Below are positions 27,413-35,884 of a DNA stretch of 64,000 nt, piece by piece. The DNA is from Candidatus Calditenuis fumarioli (GTDB lineage: Archaea; Thermoproteota; Nitrososphaeria_A; Caldarchaeales; Calditenuaceae), in contig JANVYR010000001.1 in assembly GCA_030059665.1 (NCBI GenBank), forward strand, positions 640,001-704,000, in the 5' to 3' direction. The translations under genes were made by a program, and so were the position numbers. The notes beneath the pieces are model-generated. The model saw only the letters and a list, made by a program, of their open reading frames with translations, had not been told where the DNA came from and did not search any database. Numbering within the stretch: the stretch's first letter is position 1; each line of letters starts with the position of its first letter.

Positions 27413-27574
27413 TTGAAGCTCATCAGCGTCAAGCTCCCGGAGGCCCTGATAGAGGGCATGGACGAGCTCGTCCGGCGAGGGCTCTACCCGAGCAGGTCGG
27501 CGATCCTCAGGGCCGCGGTGAGGGACCTCCTCAGGAGGGAGCTGTGGGGGGAGGAGGGGAAGGAAGAGGAGTGA
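27413..27574 (+). CDS. CopG/RHH transcriptional regulator
   Basis: ISVKLPEALIEGMDELVRRGLYPSRSAILRAAVRDLL. Confidence 0.88.
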   Translation: MKLISVKLPEALIEGMDELVRRGLYPSRSAILRAAVRDLLRRELWGEEGKEEE

Positions 27575-27632
27575 GGGCGCAACCCGGTTGAGGTGTCAGG
27601 GTTAAAGGGGACGGATCACGGCAAAGTGGGGA

Positions 27633-28391
27633 ATGAAGCTGGAGGTAGTCGATCTCTGGGCCGGAACCGAGGGCAAGACGATCCTCAAGGGCCTCAACCT
27701 GAGGGTCGGGCAGGGCGAGGTCCACGCGCTGATGGGACCCAACGGCTCCGGGAAGAGCACGGCCGCGTACGTGATCATGGGGCATCCGAAGTACACGGTG
27801 GAAAGGGGTGACATCCTCCTCGACGGCGAGAGTGTCCTCAACCTTACCCCGGACCAGCGGGCGAAGAAGGGCCTCTTCCTGGCGTTCCAGTACCCGATCG
27901 AGATCTCCGGCGTCACGATGGCTAACTTCCTGAGGAAGGCCTTCCTGAGCGTCTACGGTGAAGAGGGGAAGAAGGTCTCTCCCTCCGAGTTCCACCGGAG
28001 GCTGGTGGAGAACTTCAGGCTCCTCCAGCTCGACGAGTCCTTCACCAGGCGTTACCTCAACGAGGGCTTCTCCGGAGGCGAGAAGAAGAGGTCCGAGATC
28101 GTCCAGATGGTGACGCTCAGGCCCAAGATCGCCATCCTCGACGAGACCGACTCGGGGCTCGACATCGACAGCGTGAAGGTCGTGGCCGCGGCGGTCAGGA
28201 GGGCCGTGGACGAGACCGGGGTCGGGGTTCTCGTGATCACTCATTACGCCAGGATCCTGAACTACCTCAAGCCCGATTACGTCCACGTGATGTACGACGG
28301 TCGCATCGTCGTCAGCGGTGGCCCGGAGCTGGCCCAGGAGCTCGAGCGCGTGGGCTACAAGGGGATAGAGGAGAAGTACCTCTCCAGCTGA
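27633..28391 (+). CDS. sufC: Fe-S cluster assembly ATPase SufC
   Basis: MGPNGSGKST, FLAFQYP, NEGFSGGEKKR, LDETDSGLDID, ITHYARIL. Confidence 0.95.
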   Translation: MKLEVVDLWAGTEGKTILKGLNLRVGQGEVHALMGPNGSGKSTAAYVIMGHPKYTVERGDILLDGESVLNLTPDQRAKKGLFLAFQYPIEISGVTMANFLRKAFLSVYGEEGKKVSPSEFHRRLVENFRLLQLDESFTRRYLNEGFSGGEKKRSEIVQMVTLRPKIAILDETDSGLDIDSVKVVAAAVRRAVDETGVGVLVITHYARILNYLKPDYVHVMYDGRIVVSGGPELAQELERVGYKGIEEKYLSS

Positions 28392-28586
28392 GCGCCAGAG
28401 CACGTCGTTCTGTCCGATCGCCTGCGAGATCGCACCGAACCGCGGTCTCAGACCATCGCACATCTCTAGCCTGAGCTTCCGCTCCACACCGGCATCGCAT
28501 CCGCATGACCTCGGTATCGACGCCCGAACTACTGGGCGTCCCACTACACAGCAGACCTTTATAAGAAACCTGAGGGCTCGCCTACC

Positions 28587-28715
28587 GTGCTGCCCAAGAC
28601 CTTCTCTGAGGAAGAAGAATGGGAGGAAGAGGAGTGGGAGGAGGAAGAGGACTTCGAGGAGGAGGAATGGGAGGAAGAGGAGGAAGAGTGGGAAGAGGAA
28701 GAGGAGGAGTTCTGA
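28587..28715 (+). CDS. Hyperacidic Glu/Trp-repeat microprotein (42 aa; not in ORF track)
   Basis: GTG start, MLPKTFSEEEEWEEEEWEEEEDFEEEEWEEEEEEWEEEEEEF*; mixed GAG/GAA codons; TATA-like TTTATAAG at 28558-28565. Confidence 0.65.
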   Translation: MLPKTFSEEEEWEEEEWEEEEDFEEEEWEEEEEEWEEEEEEF

Positions 28716-28901
28716 GGGCATACCAAACCCCGCCTCCAATTTTTAGTGGGCTTTCACGTCATCCGGTCATCTTGTCCCTCGTTCGTCCGCCGGCCTACGC
28801 CTTCTCAGCGGCATCGAGGTTCCAATGGAAACAAAGGTCTGACGCCCCACTTCCTATGCATTGAAACCAAATCTATATTTCCTATAGAACATTGGGTTGT
28901 C

Positions 28902-29798
28902 GTGCCTAAGGTCGAGGAGAGGAGGGTGCAGCAGCTCCGGGGGAGCTCCTACGTCCTCACGCTGCCGAAGGAGTGGGTGGAGGCCTCTGGTCTGAAGAAG
29001 GGAATGGGCGTGATCGTGATCCACGAGCCGGGCCTCCTCAGGGTAGTACCTGCGGGGAGGAGGAAGCTCGAGATCTCGACGACGTTCGAGACCGCGACGC
29101 CCGAGCAGATCGAGATGCTGGTGACCGCCTGCTACGAGCTGGGCTGCTCTTCGCTCACGATCTCCTCCAGGTCTGGCGTTGGTGAGGAGCTGAGGAGCGC
29201 GCTCAAGAGGCTCCGGGAGGAGCTCCAGGGGGCCTTCCTCACGCAGCATTCGGAGGGCGTGATCTCCGTCGAGATCTCCGACGTCCCCTTCAAGTCCTTC
29301 GAGCAGTCGGTCTCGATCCTCCTCCAGTCGCTGGTCCGATTGGTCAGGTACGCCGAATCCGCAGGCCCCAAGCTCAGCAGGGAGGAGCTCGAGGAGATGC
29401 TCCGCGACGCCCGCGGTTACGGGTCGGCTTTGATGAGGTACGTCTCGACAGCCTTCTCGTCGCCTGACGGTGCCCTCCCCCACTACGTGATGCCCCTGAT
29501 GGTGGAGGTGGCGGTGAGGATGAAGGACCTGGTCTCATCGATCGGCGAGCTGCTGGAGGGGGGGCAGTGGACGCCCGGTGCGCTCGCGGAGATCGAGCGG
29601 GTCCTCGAGATGATGAGCCTGCAGGTGGCTGACCTCCTCTCGCCGGGCGCGCAGGAGGAGCTCATGAGGCTGAGGAAGGAGGCGAGGGTCCTCCGCGAGG
29701 GAAAGGCCCACCCAGAGGTGCAGCAGGTGTTGCGGGAGGTCGAGAGGCTTCTAACGTCGCTGATCAGGCTCAACGCGGTGGTCGTCACGAGCGCCTGA
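28902..29798 (+). CDS. AbrB/MazE-type DNA-binding domain plus PhoU-like regulator
   Basis: RRVQQLRGSSYVLTLPKEW, then ACYELG and helical PhoU-like region. Confidence 0.8.
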   Translation: MPKVEERRVQQLRGSSYVLTLPKEWVEASGLKKGMGVIVIHEPGLLRVVPAGRRKLEISTTFETATPEQIEMLVTACYELGCSSLTISSRSGVGEELRSALKRLREELQGAFLTQHSEGVISVEISDVPFKSFEQSVSILLQSLVRLVRYAESAGPKLSREELEEMLRDARGYGSALMRYVSTAFSSPDGALPHYVMPLMVEVAVRMKDLVSSIGELLEGGQWTPGALAEIERVLEMMSLQVADLLSPGAQEELMRLRKEARVLREGKAHPEVQQVLREVERLLTSLIRLNAVVVTSA

Positions 29799-30561
29799 CC
29801 GCCAGCAAGTCCACAACCACGTGGACCTGTTCCGGCGAGTACGACTTCACCTCCCTGACCCAGACCGGTGCCGCTGCGTACCCGAGGTCCCTGGCCCTCC
29901 TCACCACCTCGCCCGCGAAGGCCTCCACGTCATCGCGGTTCACGACCTCGTGGACGTGCACCACGCCACCCGATGGCCTCAGCGCGGAAAGGGCGTAGGG
30001 CAGGAAATCGATGGTGCCGCCGAAGTAGCCCATGATCACCCTGTCCGCAACTGGTCCCAGCTCCCTCACCACGTCCCTGCAGTCTCCGAGGTGGGGCACC
30101 ACCAGCTCTTCAACGCGGTTACGCCTGACGTTCCTCACCAAGAAGCTGTAAGCATCGGGGTTGATCTCGACGCTGTGGACCCTGACGGGCCTCGCGTGGA
30201 CCGCGATCGGCATCGTGAACTGTCCCACCCCCGCGAACATGTCGACGACCACCTCCCACGTCCTGACCGTTGCCGCGGTCCTGAGGCGTTCGAACTTGTT
30301 GCCCAAAGAGAGCATGAGGTTCGCGGCGTCGATCTCGTACTCCACCCCAGCCTCCCGGTAGACCGTCACGACCGGCTCCTCCCCCTTGATCAGCCTCACC
30401 CTCGGCCTCCTAAGCGGTCCCTCGATGCCCTCGTAGACCAGCACCCACCTCACCACGGGATGCCGCGACTCGACGTACCGCAGGGCCTCTCCCTCGTCCT
30501 GACCCGGTCGAAGCCTCAGCAGCACCACCTCACCCAGCACCTTGTAGCTGAACCCGCTCAA
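29785..30561 (-). CDS. Trm5/Taw2 (Met-10+-like) SAM-dependent tRNA-modifying enzyme
   Basis: GNKFERLR, VVDMFAGVGQF, EINPDAY, DRVIMG. Confidence 0.85.
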   Translation of the reverse strand: MSGFSYKVLGEVVLLRLRPGQDEGEALRYVESRHPVVRWVLVYEGIEGPLRRPRVRLIKGEEPVVTVYREAGVEYEIDAANLMLSLGNKFERLRTAATVRTWEVVVDMFAGVGQFTMPIAVHARPVRVHSVEINPDAYSFLVRNVRRNRVEELVVPHLGDCRDVVRELGPVADRVIMGYFGGTIDFLPYALSALRPSGGVVHVHEVVNRDDVEAFAGEVVRRARDLGYAAAPVWVREVKSYSPEQVHVVVDLLAVRRS

Positions 30562-31721
30562 GCCGCGCCGCGCCTTCCGAGGGACGTCACGAGCTCGACT
30601 ATCCTCCTGAGACCTCCGAGCCTCCCCGTCAGCTCCGCGTAGTCATCAAAGGGCCTTCTGTCCAGCTCAAGGGCCCTCATCACGCCCGCACGGAGCGATT
30701 CCGGCGTCAGCGTCCTCTGGTCCAGGACGACCGCGAGCCCCTTCGACTCGGCTGAGGAAGCGTTACCGAGCTGCTCCGCGTGATCAGGGACCGGCAGGAG
30801 CACCATCCTGCACCCGAAGGCGATCGACTTCAGCACCGTCGTCTGGCCTGCCCTCGAGACGACCACGTCCGCGGCGGCCAGCGCCAAGTGCTCGTCCTGC
30901 AACCAGGGAACGATCCTCCACTTCCCGTTTACGCGGACCTCGCTCGATCCCGGCTCCCCCAACGAGAATAGGACCTGGAGGTCCTTGATGCCGTCCAGGG
31001 CGGCAAAGACCCGCTCCCTGAAGGCCCTCCTCTCCGCGGATGGTCCGGTGGTCAGGACGCAGACCAGCGGCTCGTCTGGGCTGAAGCCCATCAGCTCCTT
31101 CGCCCGCTCCCTGTCAGGGTACGACTCCGGACCCCTATCGAGTACGGGCCCCACGAACTCGACCCTGCGCTCCTCTCCTCGCCTCATGTGGAGGTTCCTC
31201 GAGGATATCGTGTATGGCGGAGGGTAGTCGGCGATCGCCACCCGGTCCGAGAGGTTCCAGACCCTCGGGACGATGTCTATCAGACCGTTCGCGACCGATG
31301 CGGCCCTCGGATGATTCCTGTGACCCAGCACGGTCCTGTACTGGTTCAGAAGCGTCACGACCGGTAGGCCGAGAGCCTTCGCCGCCAGAACGGCCGAGGC
31401 CCTCGTGTCGGAGAGGACCACGTCGGGCCTCCAGGACTCCATCAGCGCCATCTCCTGAAACACCTGCTGGGAAACCATCAGGGGCAGGAAGACGTTCCTG
31501 AGCGCGGTCCACCTGACGCTGACGCCTCCTCCGGGAGCCCTGCCGTAATCGACGCCCCTTACCGGGTTGACCTCGAGGCCGGAGGACCTGAGGTAGTCGA
31601 GGCCGTCTCCGTACGAACTTATGGCGACCTCATCTCCCCGCTCCAGCAGGTACCTCACCACAGCGAGCGACCTGGAGGCGTGACCGAAGCCGATGCCGCA
31701 GATCGCGACGTGGACCCTCAC
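30558..31721 (-). CDS. GT-B glycosyltransferase (family 28/MurG-like)
   Basis: CGIGFGHASR, SRAGQTT, HAEQLGNA. Confidence 0.85.
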   Translation of the reverse strand: MRVHVAICGIGFGHASRSLAVVRYLLERGDEVAISSYGDGLDYLRSSGLEVNPVRGVDYGRAPGGGVSVRWTALRNVFLPLMVSQQVFQEMALMESWRPDVVLSDTRASAVLAAKALGLPVVTLLNQYRTVLGHRNHPRAASVANGLIDIVPRVWNLSDRVAIADYPPPYTISSRNLHMRRGEERRVEFVGPVLDRGPESYPDRERAKELMGFSPDEPLVCVLTTGPSAERRAFRERVFAALDGIKDLQVLFSLGEPGSSEVRVNGKWRIVPWLQDEHLALAAADVVVSRAGQTTVLKSIAFGCRMVLLPVPDHAEQLGNASSAESKGLAVVLDQRTLTPESLRAGVMRALELDRRPFDDYAELTGRLGGLRRIVELVTSLGRRGAA

Positions 31722-31736
31722 CTTCCAACCCTCGGA

Positions 31737-32360
31737 TCAAGCCCTGCAGGCCTTGAGCTCCACCCTCCTCACCGGCCCCCTCGGGTACTCCTCCGCGAAG
31801 AGCTCCGCCTCGAACCTGTAGACGCGGGACCTTGGGTTGAGCCACTCGGTCGGACCGAGGCCGGCCTTGAAGCAGAGGTTCACAAGGAACTCCTCCGCGT
31901 CCCATCCGTACTCTACAGGGACCTGGGGAAGGAGGAGACCGGCCCTCTCTCCGAGCTCGATGATGAGGCCGTGCCTTCCGACCTCGACCTCCCTCGGCAA
32001 GAGCCTCCTGTCCTGAACGCGGATCAGCTCCGGCTCCGTCAGAACGCTCACCTCCAGCACGATCCCGTCCATCTCCTCCTCCCTCACCGGCTCGAACCTC
32101 GGGTCCTCGAACGCCGCGGCGAGGGCGGCTTTGACGGTCAGGACCTCGAGCTCGTCGATCGCCCTCGGGAACCCTATGCATCCCCTCAGCTCCATCGACG
32201 GGTGCTGGTACAACGTCACGAAGACCCCTCTCCTCAGGCCCGATCTCCTGAGACCGTTCAGCAGCTCCTCAGGGTCGCCGCCCCTCAGCGCGGTCTCGAT
32301 GCTCCGCCTCGCGAGCCTGACCAACTCCTCGCCCAGCGGGTCGTCTATCCGTGTGACCAT
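31737..32360 (-). CDS. AMMECR1-domain protein
   Basis: GVFVTL, LRGCIG, AAFEDPRF, LEVSVLT, GLLLPQV. Confidence 0.93.
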   Translation of the reverse strand: MVTRIDDPLGEELVRLARRSIETALRGGDPEELLNGLRRSGLRRGVFVTLYQHPSMELRGCIGFPRAIDELEVLTVKAALAAAFEDPRFEPVREEEMDGIVLEVSVLTEPELIRVQDRRLLPREVEVGRHGLIIELGERAGLLLPQVPVEYGWDAEEFLVNLCFKAGLGPTEWLNPRSRVYRFEAELFAEEYPRGPVRRVELKACRA

Positions 32361-32393
32361 CCGACCGTTGCTCGTCGATCCGAGATTATGAGC

Positions 32394-33023
32394 TTAGCCG
32401 GGCCTTTCGCTGGCGAGCGCGTCCAGCAGCGGCCCTATCGACCGAACGACCGCCTCGACCGATGAATCCAGGTCTCCCCTGAGCTCGATGTAGGCGTAGA
32501 CGTGGGGCAGCTCCGGCCTGACCGCGAGCAGAAGCACCGACGTCCCGGAGAGGGATCTGAGGAGGTCCTCGTCGATGGATGGTGGTGGGCCGTCGTACGC
32601 GACCACGAAATCGCCGAGGTCGGAGCTGTGCTCTCCCCAAGCCCTCGCGCTCCTGACGGCTGGAGTCCCCTTCCTCAGCAGCGCGACGCTCCTGACCGGT
32701 GGCCTGGCGACCGCTCCCCTGAGCATCACGAGGTCCCTCCTGCCCGCGAGGCGGGCTGCGACGAAGCCGAACGCGTTGGACCTGGGCACGATACCGACGA
32801 GGACTGAGAACTCGACCAGCTCGCCGAGCCTCTTCCCTGAGACCAGCGCCATGGAGGAAGACCTCCGGACGACCCTCACCTCGGCACCCATCCGCGTAAG
32901 CGACCTCCTCAGCACCTCGATGACCGACTCGACCCTCTTCCGACCGATGAAGTTTCCGGCCACGATCGAGGCGGTTACTGCCACTATCAGCACCAGGAGG
33001 ATTGTGGACTCGTCGAGCTGCAT
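32394..33023 (-). CDS. Hypothetical protein with N-terminal membrane anchor
   Basis: Hydrophobic N-terminus; host-like codon use; follows the cstA-arsA run. Confidence 0.65.
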   Translation of the reverse strand: MQLDESTILLVLIVAVTASIVAGNFIGRKRVESVIEVLRRSLTRMGAEVRVVRRSSSMALVSGKRLGELVEFSVLVGIVPRSNAFGFVAARLAGRRDLVMLRGAVARPPVRSVALLRKGTPAVRSARAWGEHSSDLGDFVVAYDGPPPSIDEDLLRSLSGTSVLLLAVRPELPHVYAYIELRGDLDSSVEAVVRSIGPLLDALASERPG

Positions 33024-33062
33024 CGCTCAGCGTTATCGGTTCCGGGTAAAAGGGAGTGCGGA

Positions 33063-33536
33063 TCAGTGGCACTCGGATTCCTGAAGCGCCTCCAGCACCT
33101 CCTCGGGAAGCTCCGAGGGCGAGGTGACCTGTATCGTGATCCTCCGGTCGGTGACGTCGCAGTACGTTTTGATCTCGTGCTCCGTGACCCGCTCCTTCCT
33201 GAACAGACCCCTCGTGTACGACCTCACGGTGACCAGCGCGATGTGGCCTCCGAGCCTCACGACCCTCTCCCCACCCGACGCGTGGCGGTCTGTCCTACCC
33301 TTCCCCTTCCTGATCTCGACGACGAGGTCGTAGCTCTCCCCTGAGACCTGATTGGCCAGCAGGTAGTGCGCGAACCCCTCGAGGATCCAGCGTCTGCCCG
33401 CCACCTCGCCCATGTAGTAGATGTCCGGCGGGTTCCTGCTCCTCTGCACCGTCCACCCCTCCGGAAGGGTCAGGGTGACCAGCGTGTAGGTCCCCATCAG
33501 GACGTTTCCGGTGAAGAGCTCGAACTTGCGCCTCAA
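33063..33536 (-). CDS. Hypothetical protein
   Basis: Protein-like 3' part of ORF 33063..34247; TTG start after GGAG, directly downstream of arsA. Confidence 0.6.
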   Translation of the reverse strand: MRRKFELFTGNVLMGTYTLVTLTLPEGWTVQRSRNPPDIYYMGEVAGRRWILEGFAHYLLANQVSGESYDLVVEIRKGKGRTDRHASGGERVVRLGGHIALVTVRSYTRGLFRKERVTEHEIKTYCDVTDRRITIQVTSPSELPEEVLEALQESECH

Positions 33537-33547
33537 GGCCCACGCTC

Positions 33548-34555
33548 CTACGCGGGGATCGGCGGGGTGTAGCTGCGGAGGTCCCTGATCACGTCCTTGA
33601 GGGCCTCGATCCCCCTCACCTCTGACGGGAAGGACCTGACGTACCCTATCACGAGCCTCCCCAACCTCTCCTCGATCATCCTGAGGTAGCCGCGCTGCTC
33701 CTCGACCTTCGCCGCGAGGTACCCGCTCGGATCCGTGGAGGCGTCGGAGACGTCGATCACGTTGTTCACGAAGACGCCGCCGACGGGAATGTTGAAGGAC
33801 TCGACCATCCGGATGAACCTGACCACGACGGATATCGGCAACGACTCGGGCGTCGTGACGAAGTAGAAGCCGGTCAGCTGGGGGTTCGTGATGACCTCCC
33901 TGGTTTTGGTGAACTTCTCGTTCAGCGATATCAGGTCCGCTATCACCGGGTCCCTCTTGATCTCCTCCATCACCTTCTCCTTCCTGAAGGAGAGCCTGAG
34001 CCTGTACTCCATCGCCTCCCTCCTCGACTGGATCATCCTCGCGAGCCAGAGGCCGTAGAGCTTGCTGAGGCCGATCAGCCTGACCGCGTTGGCGACGGCC
34101 GCGGTGTCGAAGACCACCAGGTCGTACTTCCCTCCCATCTCCAGCACTATGTCCATGACCCTGTCGAACATCGCGGACTCGTGGAACGCGGGGTTTGTCG
34201 TCGCCACCTCGATGAAGGGCTCCGGGTTTATCGGAACCTCGGCCCACTTGAAGAACTCCCTCAGCCGTGCGGTCATCCTGCTCTTGTACTGGCTCACGAG
34301 GTCCTCAATCTCCACCTCGACCGCGTCCAGGTTCGGAGCGCCCTTGACTGGCATTATCGTCCCGCCGGAGAAGTCCTGTCCGAAGAGGCTCGAGAGCGAG
34401 TGGACGGGGTTCAGGCTCGCGAGGAGGACCTTCCTGCCGTGCTGGGATGCGTCCAGCGCAAGCGCAGCGGCTATGACGGTCTTGCCGACCCCACCCTTGC
34501 CGCCGACGAAGACGAACTTCCGGTCGCCGACGATGGGAACTCCCTGGCTCACCAT
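33548..34555 (-). CDS. arsA: ArsA/Get3-family ATPase, copy 2 (degenerate switch motifs)
   Basis: GGKGGVGKT; SLNPVHSL instead of STDPAHS; FDTAAVAN instead of DTAPTGH. Confidence 0.85.
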   Translation of the reverse strand: MVSQGVPIVGDRKFVFVGGKGGVGKTVIAAALALDASQHGRKVLLASLNPVHSLSSLFGQDFSGGTIMPVKGAPNLDAVEVEIEDLVSQYKSRMTARLREFFKWAEVPINPEPFIEVATTNPAFHESAMFDRVMDIVLEMGGKYDLVVFDTAAVANAVRLIGLSKLYGLWLARMIQSRREAMEYRLRLSFRKEKVMEEIKRDPVIADLISLNEKFTKTREVITNPQLTGFYFVTTPESLPISVVVRFIRMVESFNIPVGGVFVNNVIDVSDASTDPSGYLAAKVEEQRGYLRMIEERLGRLVIGYVRSFPSEVRGIEALKDVIRDLRSYTPPIPA

Positions 34556-35547
34556 ATCCTGGTCACCCCGTCCACCAGGTGCCTTGCCACCTCCCTGATG
34601 CCGTCGAGGCCCTTGGGTTCCCTGGGGAACATGGGTATCGCGGCCACCACGAGGTCGCCGAACTTGTCCAGGATCATCTTCAGGACCTCTTCCTGCTGCC
34701 GGTACCTGTTCCTGATGTACGGCGACGGGTTGTCGGCCATCTCCCTCGGAAGCACCTTGTTCAGCACCACGCCCGCGGGTTTGATCCCAATAGCTTTGAA
34801 GGCCTCGAGCGCCTTCTCGGTGTCGTAGACCGACATGGCCTCCGGCGTCATCACCATGAAGAAGGCGGATTTGCTCCTGTCCCTCATCACGTCGGTGAAC
34901 GTCGTGAGCTTTCGGCGTATGTCGTAGAGCTCGTTGAGGATCTCGTCCTCCTTGACGAGCCGCTCGCTCCTGAGCTTCCTCGCTATCTCGTCGTACTCCC
35001 TCGCCTTCTCCCTGACCTCCGTCAGCTTCTCGACCCAGCTGGTCAGGACGTCGGCCATCGTGAGCATCCTGATCCCGTGACCGAAGGGCGGCATGTCGAA
35101 GACGTAGAGGTCGTACTCACCCCTCGCGACGTACTCAGCCATCGCGTCGTAGGTCGCGGACTCGTACATGGCCGGTTCGGCGACCGAGCTGTCGATGTAC
35201 GCCTCTATCTCCGGCGGTATCTGGTCCATCTTGTACATCTCCCTGATCCTCTGCTTCACCTCCTGGATGTACGCGTTGATCTTCGCGTCGGCGTCTATCT
35301 CGACGACGTAGAGGTTCGGCATGACCTCGACCTCGCCCTTCCCGAAGATGTCCCGCTCGAAGATGTCGCTGAGGCTCGCCTGTGGGTCGGTGCTGAAGCA
35401 GAGGACCTTCTTCCCCTCCCTCGCGGCGGCGTAGGCGAGGGCCGCGCTGCTCGTGGTCTTGCCCAGCCCTCCCTTCCCAGCGAATATCACCATCTTCACT
35501 CCGTCCCTGAGGACGATGTCCCTAAGGCCCCAGGCCACTCCCATCAC
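34549..35547 (-). CDS. arsA: ArsA/Get3-family ATPase, copy 1
   Basis: AGKGGLGKTT, STDPQASL, FDMPPFGH, VMTPE, VLNKV. Confidence 0.9.
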   Translation of the reverse strand: MMGVAWGLRDIVLRDGVKMVIFAGKGGLGKTTSSAALAYAAAREGKKVLCFSTDPQASLSDIFERDIFGKGEVEVMPNLYVVEIDADAKINAYIQEVKQRIREMYKMDQIPPEIEAYIDSSVAEPAMYESATYDAMAEYVARGEYDLYVFDMPPFGHGIRMLTMADVLTSWVEKLTEVREKAREYDEIARKLRSERLVKEDEILNELYDIRRKLTTFTDVMRDRSKSAFFMVMTPEAMSVYDTEKALEAFKAIGIKPAGVVLNKVLPREMADNPSPYIRNRYRQQEEVLKMILDKFGDLVVAAIPMFPREPKGLDGIREVARHLVDGVTRIW

Positions 35548-35822
35548 CCGTAGATGACGTCGGTGAAGTCCCGCTCCCGGTAGAACCTGTGCTTCCAGGA
35601 CTGGACGTTGGGGACAGCGTAGGGCAGAAGCCTCAGCGAGTAGTAGGGCGGGAGTATCGGGAAGCCGAGCATGTCCCCGAGGATCATCAGTATGAACATG
35701 TGCTCGATGTACATCCTCGTCTTGAGGACCGCAGAGACCTGACCGTGCAGCGCAGCGCCGTAGGTGACCTCGCCCAAAACCCTCTTCAGCTTTGAGAGCA
35801 GCCCCCCTTTCTCCTTCTCCAC
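35544..35822 (-). CDS. Small CstA-associated protein (cory-CC-star-like)
   Basis: MFILMILGDMLGFP..PYYSLRLLPY pattern; between cstA and arsA. Confidence 0.7.
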   Translation of the reverse strand: MEKEKGGLLSKLKRVLGEVTYGAALHGQVSAVLKTRMYIEHMFILMILGDMLGFPILPPYYSLRLLPYAVPNVQSWKHRFYRERDFTDVIYG

Positions 35823-35884
35823 GGTGACTGTACGTTTGCAGGCCCTAAAAAATCTGATGGGTGCGAGCTCTTAGCGGACCTCGT

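Noticed and set aside
28312-28506. 64-aa minus-strand ORF with CRCG
   Set aside because: Overlaps the sufC 3' end by 80 bp, has no second Cys pair and is compositionally unconvincing
28534-28848. Imperfect inverted repeats (CAGACCTTT/AAAGGTCTG plus GGGCGTC) flanking the Glu/Trp peptide, MITE-like
   Set aside because: A 9-bp match over ~300 bp is within chance, the second part needs an 11-nt gap, and no target duplication is seen
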